The notes under the pieces were generated by a model. It had not been told where the DNA came from and made no database searches. It saw nothing but the letters and a program-made list of their open reading frames with translations. Source: Candidatus Babelota bacterium (GTDB taxonomy: Bacteria; Babelota; Babeliae; Babelales; Vermiphilaceae). From it: a stretch of 32,000 bases of DNA. Shown here one piece after another: positions 1-7,730 of the stretch. The stretch lies in assembly GCA_039809905.1 (NCBI GenBank), contig JBDHVY010000001.1, forward strand, positions 750,001 to 782,000, in the 5' to 3' direction. Positions within the stretch are counted from its first letter, which is position 1. Every line of letters starts with the position of its first letter. The translations under genes were made by a program, and so were the position numbers.

Positions 1-31
1 GTAAAGCACACTAATTATTTTATACATTTTG

Positions 32-1357
32 CTATGGTGCTGATGCTGGCGTTGGTTGAAAATATCTATCGATAGGTAAATAAGTATCTTTATATGTTGT
101 TGGTGTCGACATTGGTGTTGGTACTTTTCCTACTGGCACTGATGCAGGTTTTGATTGCGGTGTTGTTGTTGGCGCTGGTGCTGAATAATACCAATCTCTA
201 AATCTGTCTATAACATCTTTTTGTGGTGGAGTTGCTGCTGTAGATTGTGATGTTGGTGCAGGTGGCGATGATTGCGCTGGAGTTGGTATTGGTGCAGATG
301 CTGGTTGAGCTGTTGATGCTGGCGTTGATGTGAACCATCCAAAAAAACCTTTTTGTGGTGGAGTTGCTGCAGGTGGCGATGATTGCGCTGGAGTTGGTAT
401 TGGTGCAGATGCTGGTTGAGCTGTTGATGCTGGCGTTGATGTGAACCATCCAAAAAAACCTTTTTGTGGTGGAGTTGCTGTGGTTGATTGTGGTGCTGGT
501 GCAGGTGGCGATGATTGTGCTGGAGCTGTTGTGGGCGTTGGTGTGGCTGTTGGTTTTGACAATGGTTGAGGTACTGAGGGTTGATTTGTTGTTGATGTTT
601 TTGGTGCTTGGCTTGAACCACTTCTTTTGGGAGTTATTTTTTTAGCATAATCTGCAAATTTCTCTTTCCAAGACATAGGATGTTTTGTTTGTTCTGATGG
701 ATAAGCCCAGTTGCGAAGTTTTTCTTTTAGTTTTCCATACCAATTTAATGTGGGAACAGGTATTTCATTTGGTGAGGGAGCAGGCGTTCCATCAATTTTG
801 CTATTTGTTGTTGTGAAATATTTTATACCAACTCCAACAATAACAGCAGTAATTCCTAAGCCAGCCAATATTTTAATGGCATTTTCCATCTGGATGCTAT
901 ATGGTTTTCCTGTTTTGCGTTCTAATTTTTCAATTTCGTTTTTTATAACTGCTAAATCTGCATTAAGTTTTGTTAATTCGCTATTAGCTTTTATATAATC
1001 AGCTTGTTGTTTTTCGGTTGTTCTAAAACCAAAATAACCATAATCTATATGATGTATGTCTTGTTCTTTTTTATTAATTTTTTCTAGTAACTTATCTCGT
1101 TCAACGATTTTTGCATCCAGTTCTTGTTGATCAGATGTTTTATCAGGATCAGTTATTGTTTCGATAAGTTTTTTTGCTGCTTCTGTTTTTTCTTCCTCAG
1201 TTTTTGCAACTTCTACTTTTTTAGTTGCTTGTAGTATTTCTCTTGATGTTACAGGAGTAGACATTGATCTTCCTCTCGTTCCTTTTTTTGCTTCAAGGAT
1301 ACTTATCACGGTGCAAGAAAATATGATTGTTATACATAGAGTTAAGATCTTTTTCAT
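32..1357 (-). CDS. Secreted/membrane-anchored coiled-coil protein with Pro/Thr/Ser/Ala/Gln-rich repetitive tail (function unknown)
   Basis: 441-aa ORF. Signal peptide (MKKILTLCITIIFSCTVISILEA), K/E-rich coiled-coil region, one TM helix (ILAGLGITAVIVGVGI). Low-complexity tail with repeated PPQKGFFGWFTSTPASTAQPASAPIPTPAQSSPPA units. Same architecture as ORF 1539-2444. Confidence 0.7.
   Translation of the reverse strand: MKKILTLCITIIFSCTVISILEAKKGTRGRSMSTPVTSREILQATKKVEVAKTEEEKTEAAKKLIETITDPDKTSDQQELDAKIVERDKLLEKINKKEQDIHHIDYGYFGFRTTEKQQADYIKANSELTKLNADLAVIKNEIEKLERKTGKPYSIQMENAIKILAGLGITAVIVGVGIKYFTTTNSKIDGTPAPSPNEIPVPTLNWYGKLKEKLRNWAYPSEQTKHPMSWKEKFADYAKKITPKRSGSSQAPKTSTTNQPSVPQPLSKPTATPTPTTAPAQSSPPAPAPQSTTATPPQKGFFGWFTSTPASTAQPASAPIPTPAQSSPPAATPPQKGFFGWFTSTPASTAQPASAPIPTPAQSSPPAPTSQSTAATPPQKDVIDRFRDWYYSAPAPTTTPQSKPASVPVGKVPTPMSTPTTYKDTYLPIDRYFQPTPASAP
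258..479. repeat. Perfect 2 x 111-bp in-frame tandem repeat inside CDS 32-1357
   Basis: 258-368 and 369-479 read identically by eye (gcaggtggcgatgattgcgctggag...ttgtggtggagttgct). Degenerate partial units lie at about 218-257 and 501-530. Confidence 0.9.
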
Positions 1358-1416
1358 GAAATTCCTTTTTTAATCGTATTAATGCAGTAATAATTTGAGT
1401 TAATACTGCTATATTA

Positions 1417-1447
1417 ATAGTAACAAATAGAATTTCAAATTGTCAAT
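1417..1447 (-). promoter_or_regulatory. Putative sigma70-type promoter of CDS 32-1357
   Basis: The minus strand reads ATTGACAATTTGAA (TTGACA = complement of 1441-1446), with a TACTAT-like box 18 nt downstream. The same 14-mer lies upstream of the paralogue at 2566-2579. Confidence 0.35.
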
Positions 1448-1478
1448 GATTGAGGTTGTTTAAGAATATGGATGGGGT

Positions 1479-1513
1479 TAAAATAAAAAGGGCAGCATGA
1501 TAACATGCCGCCC
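1479..1513 (-). terminator. Rho-independent terminator of CDS 1539-2444
   Basis: The minus strand reads GGGCGGCATG-ttat-CATGCTGCCC (10-bp stem with one G-U pair), followed by TTTTTTATTTT. Confidence 0.75.
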
Positions 1514-1538
1514 ACTTTTAAGCTTGTTGTAATGTATG

Positions 1539-2444
1539 TTACATATCAGATAAATCTGCAGCTCTTTCCATAGTCATAGGAGCTCTTGGTGTTCTTACTC
1601 TAGGTACATCGTAAGTTTGTCCTGCTGGGAATTTTTCTGCAGTAGTACCAGCTTTTTCAGCAAGCCATCTTTTTGTTCTACCATATACATTTTCTTGCAC
1701 TGCTGGCTCTGCTGGTGTGCCTCTTAAGCCTGCTGGAAGGTATGATTTAGCACCTGCGTATGCTTGAGCGCCTTTTTCTGTGAGGTATGCTCTACCTTTA
1801 CCATCAAATTTGTAAGCATCAACTGCAAGAGCAACACCAGCTGCAGCTGCTATAGTTACTGCACCAACAGCGCCTTTAATTGCGCTTGCATATGATTTAC
1901 CAGCAATAACAGTTTGATTTTTGATTGCTTTCTCAATATTGCTTTTTCTAGTTTTAAGAGTTTTTAAGTCACCAGAAAGTGTTGCATGTTCTTCTTTTTT
2001 GTCTTTTTGTACAGAATTCCATAGATAACCTTTATCCATGAGAGCATCTATAGATGTTTGTTTTTGCTTGATTTCTGCATCAACGTTCACTAATTCTTTG
2101 TTTAATAATTCTAGTTTATCACCAGCTGTTTTTATTTGCTCTTCAGTATAGCCACGTAAGTCACCAGACCAATCTCTTTGGTGAAGAGACGCAAGTAATT
2201 CTGCTACTGCATCGGCAGCTTCTTGTTTTGCTTCTGGTGTTGAATCTACTTGTACTTGCTTAACAACTTCTTCTACTCTTTTAGTATTTTCTCGTATTTC
2301 CTGAGTGGTACCCATATTGTCAGCTGTAGCAGCTGTGCTAGCTGTACGAGATCTTTGTACTTTTTGTCCTCTTTTTGCTTCAACAGTGCTTACCATAACA
2401 ATTGACAAAGCAATTGCTGTAAGCGTTGTTAACATTTTCTTCAT
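1539..2444 (-). CDS. Secreted/membrane-anchored coiled-coil protein, paralogue of 32-1357
   Basis: 301-aa ORF. Signal peptide ending VEAKRG (compare LEAKKG in the neighbour), coiled-coil region, one TM helix (AVGAVTIAAAAGVALAV), short tail. RBS-like ggaga sits before the ATG. Confidence 0.7.
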   Translation of the reverse strand: MKKMLTTLTAIALSIVMVSTVEAKRGQKVQRSRTASTAATADNMGTTQEIRENTKRVEEVVKQVQVDSTPEAKQEAADAVAELLASLHQRDWSGDLRGYTEEQIKTAGDKLELLNKELVNVDAEIKQKQTSIDALMDKGYLWNSVQKDKKEEHATLSGDLKTLKTRKSNIEKAIKNQTVIAGKSYASAIKGAVGAVTIAAAAGVALAVDAYKFDGKGRAYLTEKGAQAYAGAKSYLPAGLRGTPAEPAVQENVYGRTKRWLAEKAGTTAEKFPAGQTYDVPRVRTPRAPMTMERAADLSDM

Positions 2445-2548
2445 AGAAAATCTCCTTTTTTTGAACTATTAATATTCCTTTTTTTTGTACTTATCAATTA
2501 CCTCGGTTGCATGCTTGTAGCCAAGGCACTTTTATATGTACTACCTTT

Positions 2549-2579
2549 AAAGTAAATTAAACGAGTTCAAATTGTCAAT
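2549..2579 (-). promoter_or_regulatory. Putative sigma70-type promoter of CDS 1539-2444
   Basis: The minus strand reads ATTGACAATTTGAA (complement of 2566-2579), with a TACTTT-like box 18 nt downstream. The box is shared with 1434-1447. Confidence 0.35.
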
Positions 2580-2671
2580 AAAACACCACTTTTTTTAGAA
2601 AAATGATCAAGAATGTTCATAAAAAGCATAAGAAAAGACGCTGTTTTTATTCAATAGATGAAGCAATTGAA

Positions 2672-3343
2672 TTATGGAACAAAAAGGGTAACGAGGTAAT
2701 TTCTTAAGATATAAAAGAAGAATACGGCAAAAAGAATTCCATCAAATCTATCCAAAAAACCGCCATGGCCAGGTAAAAATGTGCCAGAATCTTTCAGATG
2801 AGCGCGGCGTTTGAGCCATGATTCAAAAAGATCTCCTAAAAGGGATAGTATGCATACAATGAGCGTAAATATACCAATGAATGTCCATGAAAGCTTATAT
2901 CCGTATTCAAAAATGATAAGAAAAAAGCCAATGAACGCGAAAATATAACCACCGAGCATTCCTTCCCATGTCTTTTTAGGGCTAACTGAACGGCAAATAT
3001 GATGTTTTCCGAGTAAGGTTCCCGTTACATAACTGCCGGTATCAAAGCTAAAGACGATGATAAAAAGTATTAAAAGTAATTCATGATAGAGTACATCATG
3101 ATTAAGTTTAATTAACATTGTGAAAGGTAAAATAAGGTAAGGAGGCATTAAAAGCCAAAACAAAGGAGTATCAATTGAAAAAAATCGTGTCCATTCATAC
3201 ACGACAATGAGGAGAAAAATAACAACTAAGATAAGAGAAAAAAAGAACGGAGGCAAATAAAAATATACGCCCCAAAAACCTATCCCAAGAGCAATGCCTG
3301 TCATCAGACGATTAAGAAATTCAGTCGAAAGTTGTAAATGCAT
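2672..3343 (-). CDS. cdsA: Phosphatidate cytidylyltransferase (CDP-diglyceride synthase)
   Basis: Polytopic membrane protein with the CdsA signature SWLKRRAHLKDSGTFLPGHGGFLDRFDG near the C-terminus. The start may instead be the internal Met at 3304; the ORF overlaps the yraN stop by 23 nt. Confidence 0.85.
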   Translation of the reverse strand: MHLQLSTEFLNRLMTGIALGIGFWGVYFYLPPFFFSLILVVIFLLIVVYEWTRFFSIDTPLFWLLMPPYLILPFTMLIKLNHDVLYHELLLILFIIVFSFDTGSYVTGTLLGKHHICRSVSPKKTWEGMLGGYIFAFIGFFLIIFEYGYKLSWTFIGIFTLIVCILSLLGDLFESWLKRRAHLKDSGTFLPGHGGFLDRFDGILFAVFFFYILRNYLVTLFVP

Positions 3344-3701
3344 TGGATATATACTGCAAATTTATAATATTATTATTTTCTTCTACTAATGCTACATCAA
3401 AACGGCATACAAAATCTTCATGAGTATGCTTTGATAAAAATTCTTTGGCAATAGCTATGATTTTTTTTTGTTTTGAAGGCCTTATCAGTTCTGCTGAATC
3501 AATGAGGGGATTATGCCGCCATTTAACTTCAACAAAAGCAATAGTATCTTTATTTCGTGCAATCAGATCAACTTCTCCAAAACGTTTGCGATAATTTTTA
3601 CTGATAATTTTGTAGCCTTCTTTTTGAAGATGTTGTGCTACAAGCAGCTCTCCTTCTTTACCTTTTTCTATGCGGTAATTCAACTTGATCCTTATGTGCA
3701 T
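3321..3701 (-). CDS. yraN: YraN/UPF0102 family endonuclease-like protein
   Basis: 126 aa with the family pattern GELLVAQHLQKEGYKIISKNYRKRFGEVDLIARNKDTIAFVEVKWR. Confidence 0.8.
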   Translation of the reverse strand: MHIRIKLNYRIEKGKEGELLVAQHLQKEGYKIISKNYRKRFGEVDLIARNKDTIAFVEVKWRHNPLIDSAELIRPSKQKKIIAIAKEFLSKHTHEDFVCRFDVALVEENNNIINLQYISNAFTTFD

Positions 3702-3704
3702 CAG

Positions 3705-4646
3705 CTAAAACCGATTTGCCATATGCTTTGCTTTTGCATTTTGCGCGAGTTCCATGTTTTTAGCATTTAATAGTTCTACTGCTTTTTTCTGCTCAATAAG
3801 TTCTGTTTCTAAAGCAATAATATCTGGTTCAAGCGTGGGTAGTTTTGGTAACCAGAAGGAACGTATTTTATGTAAGCGTTTTTCAGCTGCTTTTAAACTT
3901 CCTTTATGTAAATAAAAAACACAAATGTTACATTCGCTTGCAGCTAATTGTTGGTAACATTGTTGCTGTATGGTGCTTACCGCTTGCTGATATTCTTTAA
4001 AATGATCTTGTTTTAAAAATAATTCAGTTAAAGCGAGTGTTTCTTCTGTTTTGGATTGATCTCTATCAATAGCTAATATGCATTCAAATGAGCTTGCAAT
4101 TGTCTTATACAGAGCATATTCTTGCTTTTCACTACCTGGGTATAGTGCACAATATTGGCTATATAACAACGCGGATTTTGCAAATTGCCTATCATCAAAG
4201 AATGTATCGGCAAGCTCTAAGAAATACTCTGCAAGCAGGGTGATATCAGTCGTCATTTTCAGCAATTGCTCAAGATATTTTATAGTGGCAGTAGTGTTTC
4301 CTTGAGCTTTTTGTGCATCTTTCGCTTTTACTAGTTGCTCGTGTTCCATATCAAGATATGTTCGTACCTTTTTTTGTTTTGCTTCTTTTTTAGTTGATTT
4401 GCGCATGCGTTTTTTACGCGAAGGTTTTTCTATTGAGGGAAGTTCTACATCAAATTGTTGAGCTGTTGTTTGTTTTTGTACATTTTTATTCATCGCTGTA
4501 TTGTCTTGGCATACGCTTGTATTGATGAGTAATGTGATGAGTAAAAAAGTTGATAGAATAACGTGGTTTCTTGTTTTTATCACGATAATATGCCTATCAT
4601 TAAAATATTTAAAAATTTGCTGTTTCAGGATTAACGCGTAATACAT
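3705..4646 (-). CDS. BamD/YfiO-like TPR lipoprotein (outer-membrane assembly factor candidate)
   Basis: Hydrophobic leader ending in Cys (LLINTSVC). TPR-like helices with ALLYSQYCALYPGSEKQEYALYKTIASSF, reminiscent of BamD. First gene of an operon with yraN and cdsA. An alternative GTG start at 4583 gives a more typical lipoprotein leader (MIKTRNHVILSTFLL...). Confidence 0.45.
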   Translation of the reverse strand: MYYALILKQQIFKYFNDRHIIVIKTRNHVILSTFLLITLLINTSVCQDNTAMNKNVQKQTTAQQFDVELPSIEKPSRKKRMRKSTKKEAKQKKVRTYLDMEHEQLVKAKDAQKAQGNTTATIKYLEQLLKMTTDITLLAEYFLELADTFFDDRQFAKSALLYSQYCALYPGSEKQEYALYKTIASSFECILAIDRDQSKTEETLALTELFLKQDHFKEYQQAVSTIQQQCYQQLAASECNICVFYLHKGSLKAAEKRLHKIRSFWLPKLPTLEPDIIALETELIEQKKAVELLNAKNMELAQNAKAKHMANRF

Positions 4647-4735
4647 GCAAACAAGATCAACAGTTATTATTACGCGCCAGTATAAAAACTAGTATACTGG
4701 TATCATCATAAAATAGAAGTTTAAGATTCTTTGTA

Positions 4736-4775
4736 CCCCATTGCGTTCAACATGGGGACACCGGTAAAGAAGCGC
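4736..4775 (+). other. GC-rich hairpin/pseudoknot-like motif, copy A
   Basis: CCCCAT(4736-41)...ATGGGG(4752-57) followed by ACACCGGTAAAGAAGCGC. GCGTTC (4743-48) can pair with GAAGCGC (4769-75). Lies about 55 nt upstream of the gspE/pilB start, in otherwise AT-rich spacer. Confidence 0.3.
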
Positions 4776-4827
4776 TAAACTGACACGAGAAAACATTGTT
4801 AAGAAATAGGGTTAAAAGGATACTCTG

Positions 4828-6537
4828 ATGAAAAAAAATAATGGTGACTTACTCGTAGAACTTGGTCTGGTTACTGCTGCACAATTAACTGCCTGTCAGC
4901 AAGAAACAGAAAAAACTGGTGCTGCAGTTGTTGATTGTCTTATTGAAAAAAAATTTGCTACACAAGAAGATATCGCAAAAGCATATGCCAAGCATGCAGG
5001 ATTAGAATATATTGATACGGTAACAGATAAGACAGCAGATCTTGATCTTTTGGCAAAAGTACCATTAAAGTTTTTGCGTGATAATGAAATTATGCCAATT
5101 ATGGTTGATGGCAACATTATTATTTTGACGGCAGATCCTTTTGATTTTCAACCACTTGATGAACTAAATATGTTGCTTGGCGGTGGAACACGATACGCTG
5201 TTGCGCCCCTTTCAGTTATTATTAACGGTATAAACCGTTACTATCCCCTTGAAGGCACCGAGCGAATGATGAAGGAACTTGAAGAGGAAGAAGAAGCGCC
5301 CAAAGAAGTAGCATTTGAAGAAATAGAAGAAAAAGATATTTTGGGCATGGCTACAGAAGCGCCTATTATTAAATTAGTTAATAATATTTTTTTTCAAGCG
5401 GTCAAACGAAATGCTTCTGATATTCATATTGAACCTTTTGAAAAAGAAATACGAGTTCGTTATCGTATTGATGGTGTAATGTATACTGCGATGAATCCAC
5501 CTAAACGTATTCAAGGTGCGCTTATTTCTCGTATCAAAATTATGGCGCATTTAGATATTGCTGAAAAACGCATTCCACAAGATGGAAGAATTGCTATCAA
5601 AGTTGGTGATAAGCCGTATGATATTCGTGTTTCAGTGCTTCCTGTTGCATTTGGTGAGCGTGTGGTGATGCGTTTGCTTGATAAATCACGTACCTTTACG
5701 GGATTGAAAGATATTGGCTTTAGTGACCGTGATTATGCAGTTATTGAAAACAATATTAATCGTCCGAATGGTATTATTTATGTTACAGGTCCAACTGGTT
5801 CTGGTAAAACAAGTACATTATATTCAATTTTAAATCAATTGAACCGTCCTGAAGTTAATATTGTAACGGTAGAAGATCCTATTGAATATCAGATGGCGGG
5901 AGTTGGACAAGTTGGTGTCAGAGAAAAAGTTGGGTTGACTTTTGCTGCAGCATTGCGGTCAATATTACGTCAAGATCCAGATATTGTTATGATCGGGGAA
6001 ACACGTGACCAAGAAACAGCACAAATTGCAGTGCAAGCAGCTTTAACAGGACATCTTGTTTTAAGTACATTGCATACTAATAGTGCGCCAGCATCAATCA
6101 CGCGATTAATTGATATGGGTATTGAACCATTTTTAATTGCATCTTCAGTGGTGATGGTTGTTGCGCAACGATTAGTACGTAAATTGTGCCCTCATTGTAA
6201 AAAAGAATATCATCCGAATAAAGAATTGCTTCAACGTATTGGATTATCTGCAAAAGAAGCAAAAGAAGCTAAACTTTATGAGCCAGTAGGATGTGATGAA
6301 TGCAATAAAACAGGATATCGTGGCCGTGTTGCGATTTTTGAAATTATGGAAATGACACCTGCAATTGCAAAACTTACTATGGAACGTTCTGAAACTGGTA
6401 TTATTCGTGAACAAGCCATTAAAGATGGAATGATTCCTTTAATTAAAGATGGCTTGCGCAGAATTAAAGATGGTTTAACAACCATAGAAGAAGTTCTTGC
6501 GGTAGCAACTGTTGAACAAGAAACAATTGAAGAATAA
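4828..6537 (+). CDS. GspE/PilB-family type II secretion / type IV pilus assembly ATPase
   Basis: 569 aa. N-terminal GspE_N/MshEN-like domain, Walker A GPTGSGKTS, Walker B/Asp box, His box, and tetracysteine CPHC...CDEC motif. RBS aagga. Confidence 0.9.
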   Translation: MKKNNGDLLVELGLVTAAQLTACQQETEKTGAAVVDCLIEKKFATQEDIAKAYAKHAGLEYIDTVTDKTADLDLLAKVPLKFLRDNEIMPIMVDGNIIILTADPFDFQPLDELNMLLGGGTRYAVAPLSVIINGINRYYPLEGTERMMKELEEEEEAPKEVAFEEIEEKDILGMATEAPIIKLVNNIFFQAVKRNASDIHIEPFEKEIRVRYRIDGVMYTAMNPPKRIQGALISRIKIMAHLDIAEKRIPQDGRIAIKVGDKPYDIRVSVLPVAFGERVVMRLLDKSRTFTGLKDIGFSDRDYAVIENNINRPNGIIYVTGPTGSGKTSTLYSILNQLNRPEVNIVTVEDPIEYQMAGVGQVGVREKVGLTFAAALRSILRQDPDIVMIGETRDQETAQIAVQAALTGHLVLSTLHTNSAPASITRLIDMGIEPFLIASSVVMVVAQRLVRKLCPHCKKEYHPNKELLQRIGLSAKEAKEAKLYEPVGCDECNKTGYRGRVAIFEIMEMTPAIAKLTMERSETGIIREQAIKDGMIPLIKDGLRRIKDGLTTIEEVLAVATVEQETIEE

Positions 6538-6543
6538 GAAAGT

Positions 6544-6822
6544 ATGAAAGTTAAAAGAGAAAATTATATGAAATATTATGTATTATTTTCGGCGATTGTT
6601 TTTACTACTATTTCATTGGCGATGCGTAACCCAGAACAAGAGAGACAATCTTTGTTGGAACATTATAAAATTGAATTCTATAGACTGAAGACTGAAGAAT
6701 TAAAGGCAAGAAAAAAAGCGAGAGAAGCAACAGAAGCTGCAAAAGATAAAAAAATTTTACTGCAAGTACCGGAATCTGTTGGTGAAGTAAAATTGTCTAA
6801 GATCCCACGGCCCAAATTATAA
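6544..6822 (+). CDS. Small secreted protein ending in -PKL
   Basis: Probable start at Met 6568 (MKYYVLFSAIVFTTISLAM signal-like leader), charged helical middle, C-terminus IPRPKL. Sits between the secretion ATPase and the pseudopilin. Confidence 0.45.
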   Translation: MKVKRENYMKYYVLFSAIVFTTISLAMRNPEQERQSLLEHYKIEFYRLKTEELKARKKAREATEAAKDKKILLQVPESVGEVKLSKIPRPKL

Positions 6823-6833
6823 AAAAAGAAAAG

Positions 6834-7139
6834 ATGATGATTGCACAAAAAAAATATTACATGATCATATTGTTGAGCATTAGTGGTTTTTCTTACGGAA
6901 TGGATAAATATTTTGAAACCGATAAAGAATGGTTGCAAGATCCATTAGTTTTGCATGCTACTCTCAGGCACTTAGAAATACAAAGAACAACATGGGAAAT
7001 AAATGCTTCACTTAAAGAAGTTTCAGCGGGTTCAAACGGATATTATGAAAAAGTTGAACGACGTGGAGTGATTACGGTGGTTAGACAAACAAATAATATG
7101 CTCGAGCAGAGAAAAAATAATATAATGCCAAAGTTATAA
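6834..7139 (+). CDS. Small secreted protein ending in -PKL
   Basis: Leader KKYYMIILLSISGFSYGM is similar in style to the preceding ORF. C-terminus NIMPKL. Confidence 0.45.
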   Translation: MMIAQKKYYMIILLSISGFSYGMDKYFETDKEWLQDPLVLHATLRHLEIQRTTWEINASLKEVSAGSNGYYEKVERRGVITVVRQTNNMLEQRKNNIMPKL

Positions 7140-7142
7140 AAC

Positions 7143-7640
7143 GTGCATAATAAAAAAGGTTTTACGTTAATTGAAGCGATGGTTGTTATCTGTTTGTTTG
7201 CTTTGATTTCAACATTGGCAATTATGCAACTATCTTTTTTGGATGAAATCATTGCGCGTTCACAAATGGATAAGCTTGCAGCTGTTTGTTCCTACTTAAG
7301 GCAAAAAGCAATTGCAACAAACTGTGAGCAAAAATTAGTTTTTGATCTTGAAAAAAATGAATATCGTTGTGGTGATGTATGTGAAACATTACCGCAACGA
7401 TATTTGTTTGGTTTTATGGAAAAAGCTCTCGGGCCTCCTGGCTCACCTTCGCAAAAAATTAAAAAAGCTATAACTTTTCCCGGTAATATAATACATTTTT
7501 ATCCAACAGGTATTATTTCTTCTGGTACCGTGTATGTTGTTGATAAGAAGAAACAATATATGTATGCATTGAGTAATGCTGTTTCTCAATTTTCTTATTT
7601 ACGCATTTATCGCTACGAGGGTAAGTGGAAGTTACTTTAG
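7143..7640 (+). CDS. Type IV pilin-like pseudopilin (GspH/FimT-like)
   Basis: GTG start. Prepilin leader and N-methylation motif MHNKKG/FTLIEAMVVICLFALIS. 165 aa. Confidence 0.75.
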   Translation: MHNKKGFTLIEAMVVICLFALISTLAIMQLSFLDEIIARSQMDKLAAVCSYLRQKAIATNCEQKLVFDLEKNEYRCGDVCETLPQRYLFGFMEKALGPPGSPSQKIKKAITFPGNIIHFYPTGIISSGTVYVVDKKKQYMYALSNAVSQFSYLRIYRYEGKWKLL

Positions 7641-7697
7641 CCCCATGCTCCACTTCGTTTTGCACGGGGACCCCGGCGTAGAGAAACGAAGCTGGGG
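7641..7697 (+). other. GC-rich hairpin/pseudoknot-like motif, copy B
   Basis: Order of elements: CCCCA(7641-45), CTTCGTTT(7653-60), GGGG(7666-69), ACCCCGGCGTAGAG, AAACGAAG(7684-91), CTGGGG(7692-97). Shares the word GGGGACNCCGGNNWAGA with copy A. Lies between the pseudopilin stop and the tamB start. Confidence 0.3.
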
Positions 7698-7730
7698 ATA
7701 AAAAGATACAAACACATAAATTGTATTGCT

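Noticed and set aside
258-530. Regularly spaced direct repeats that could be mistaken for a CRISPR array
   Set aside because: The repeat unit is 111 bp with no spacers. It is in frame and encodes a repeated peptide, and no cas genes are nearby.
198-621. ORFs 198-449 and 208-621 (minus strand, alternative frames) inside the repeat region
   Set aside because: They are off-frame readings of the tandem-repeat, low-complexity tail of CDS 32-1357. The proteins are His/Gln or Asn/Ser homopolymer-like, and there is no independent start context.
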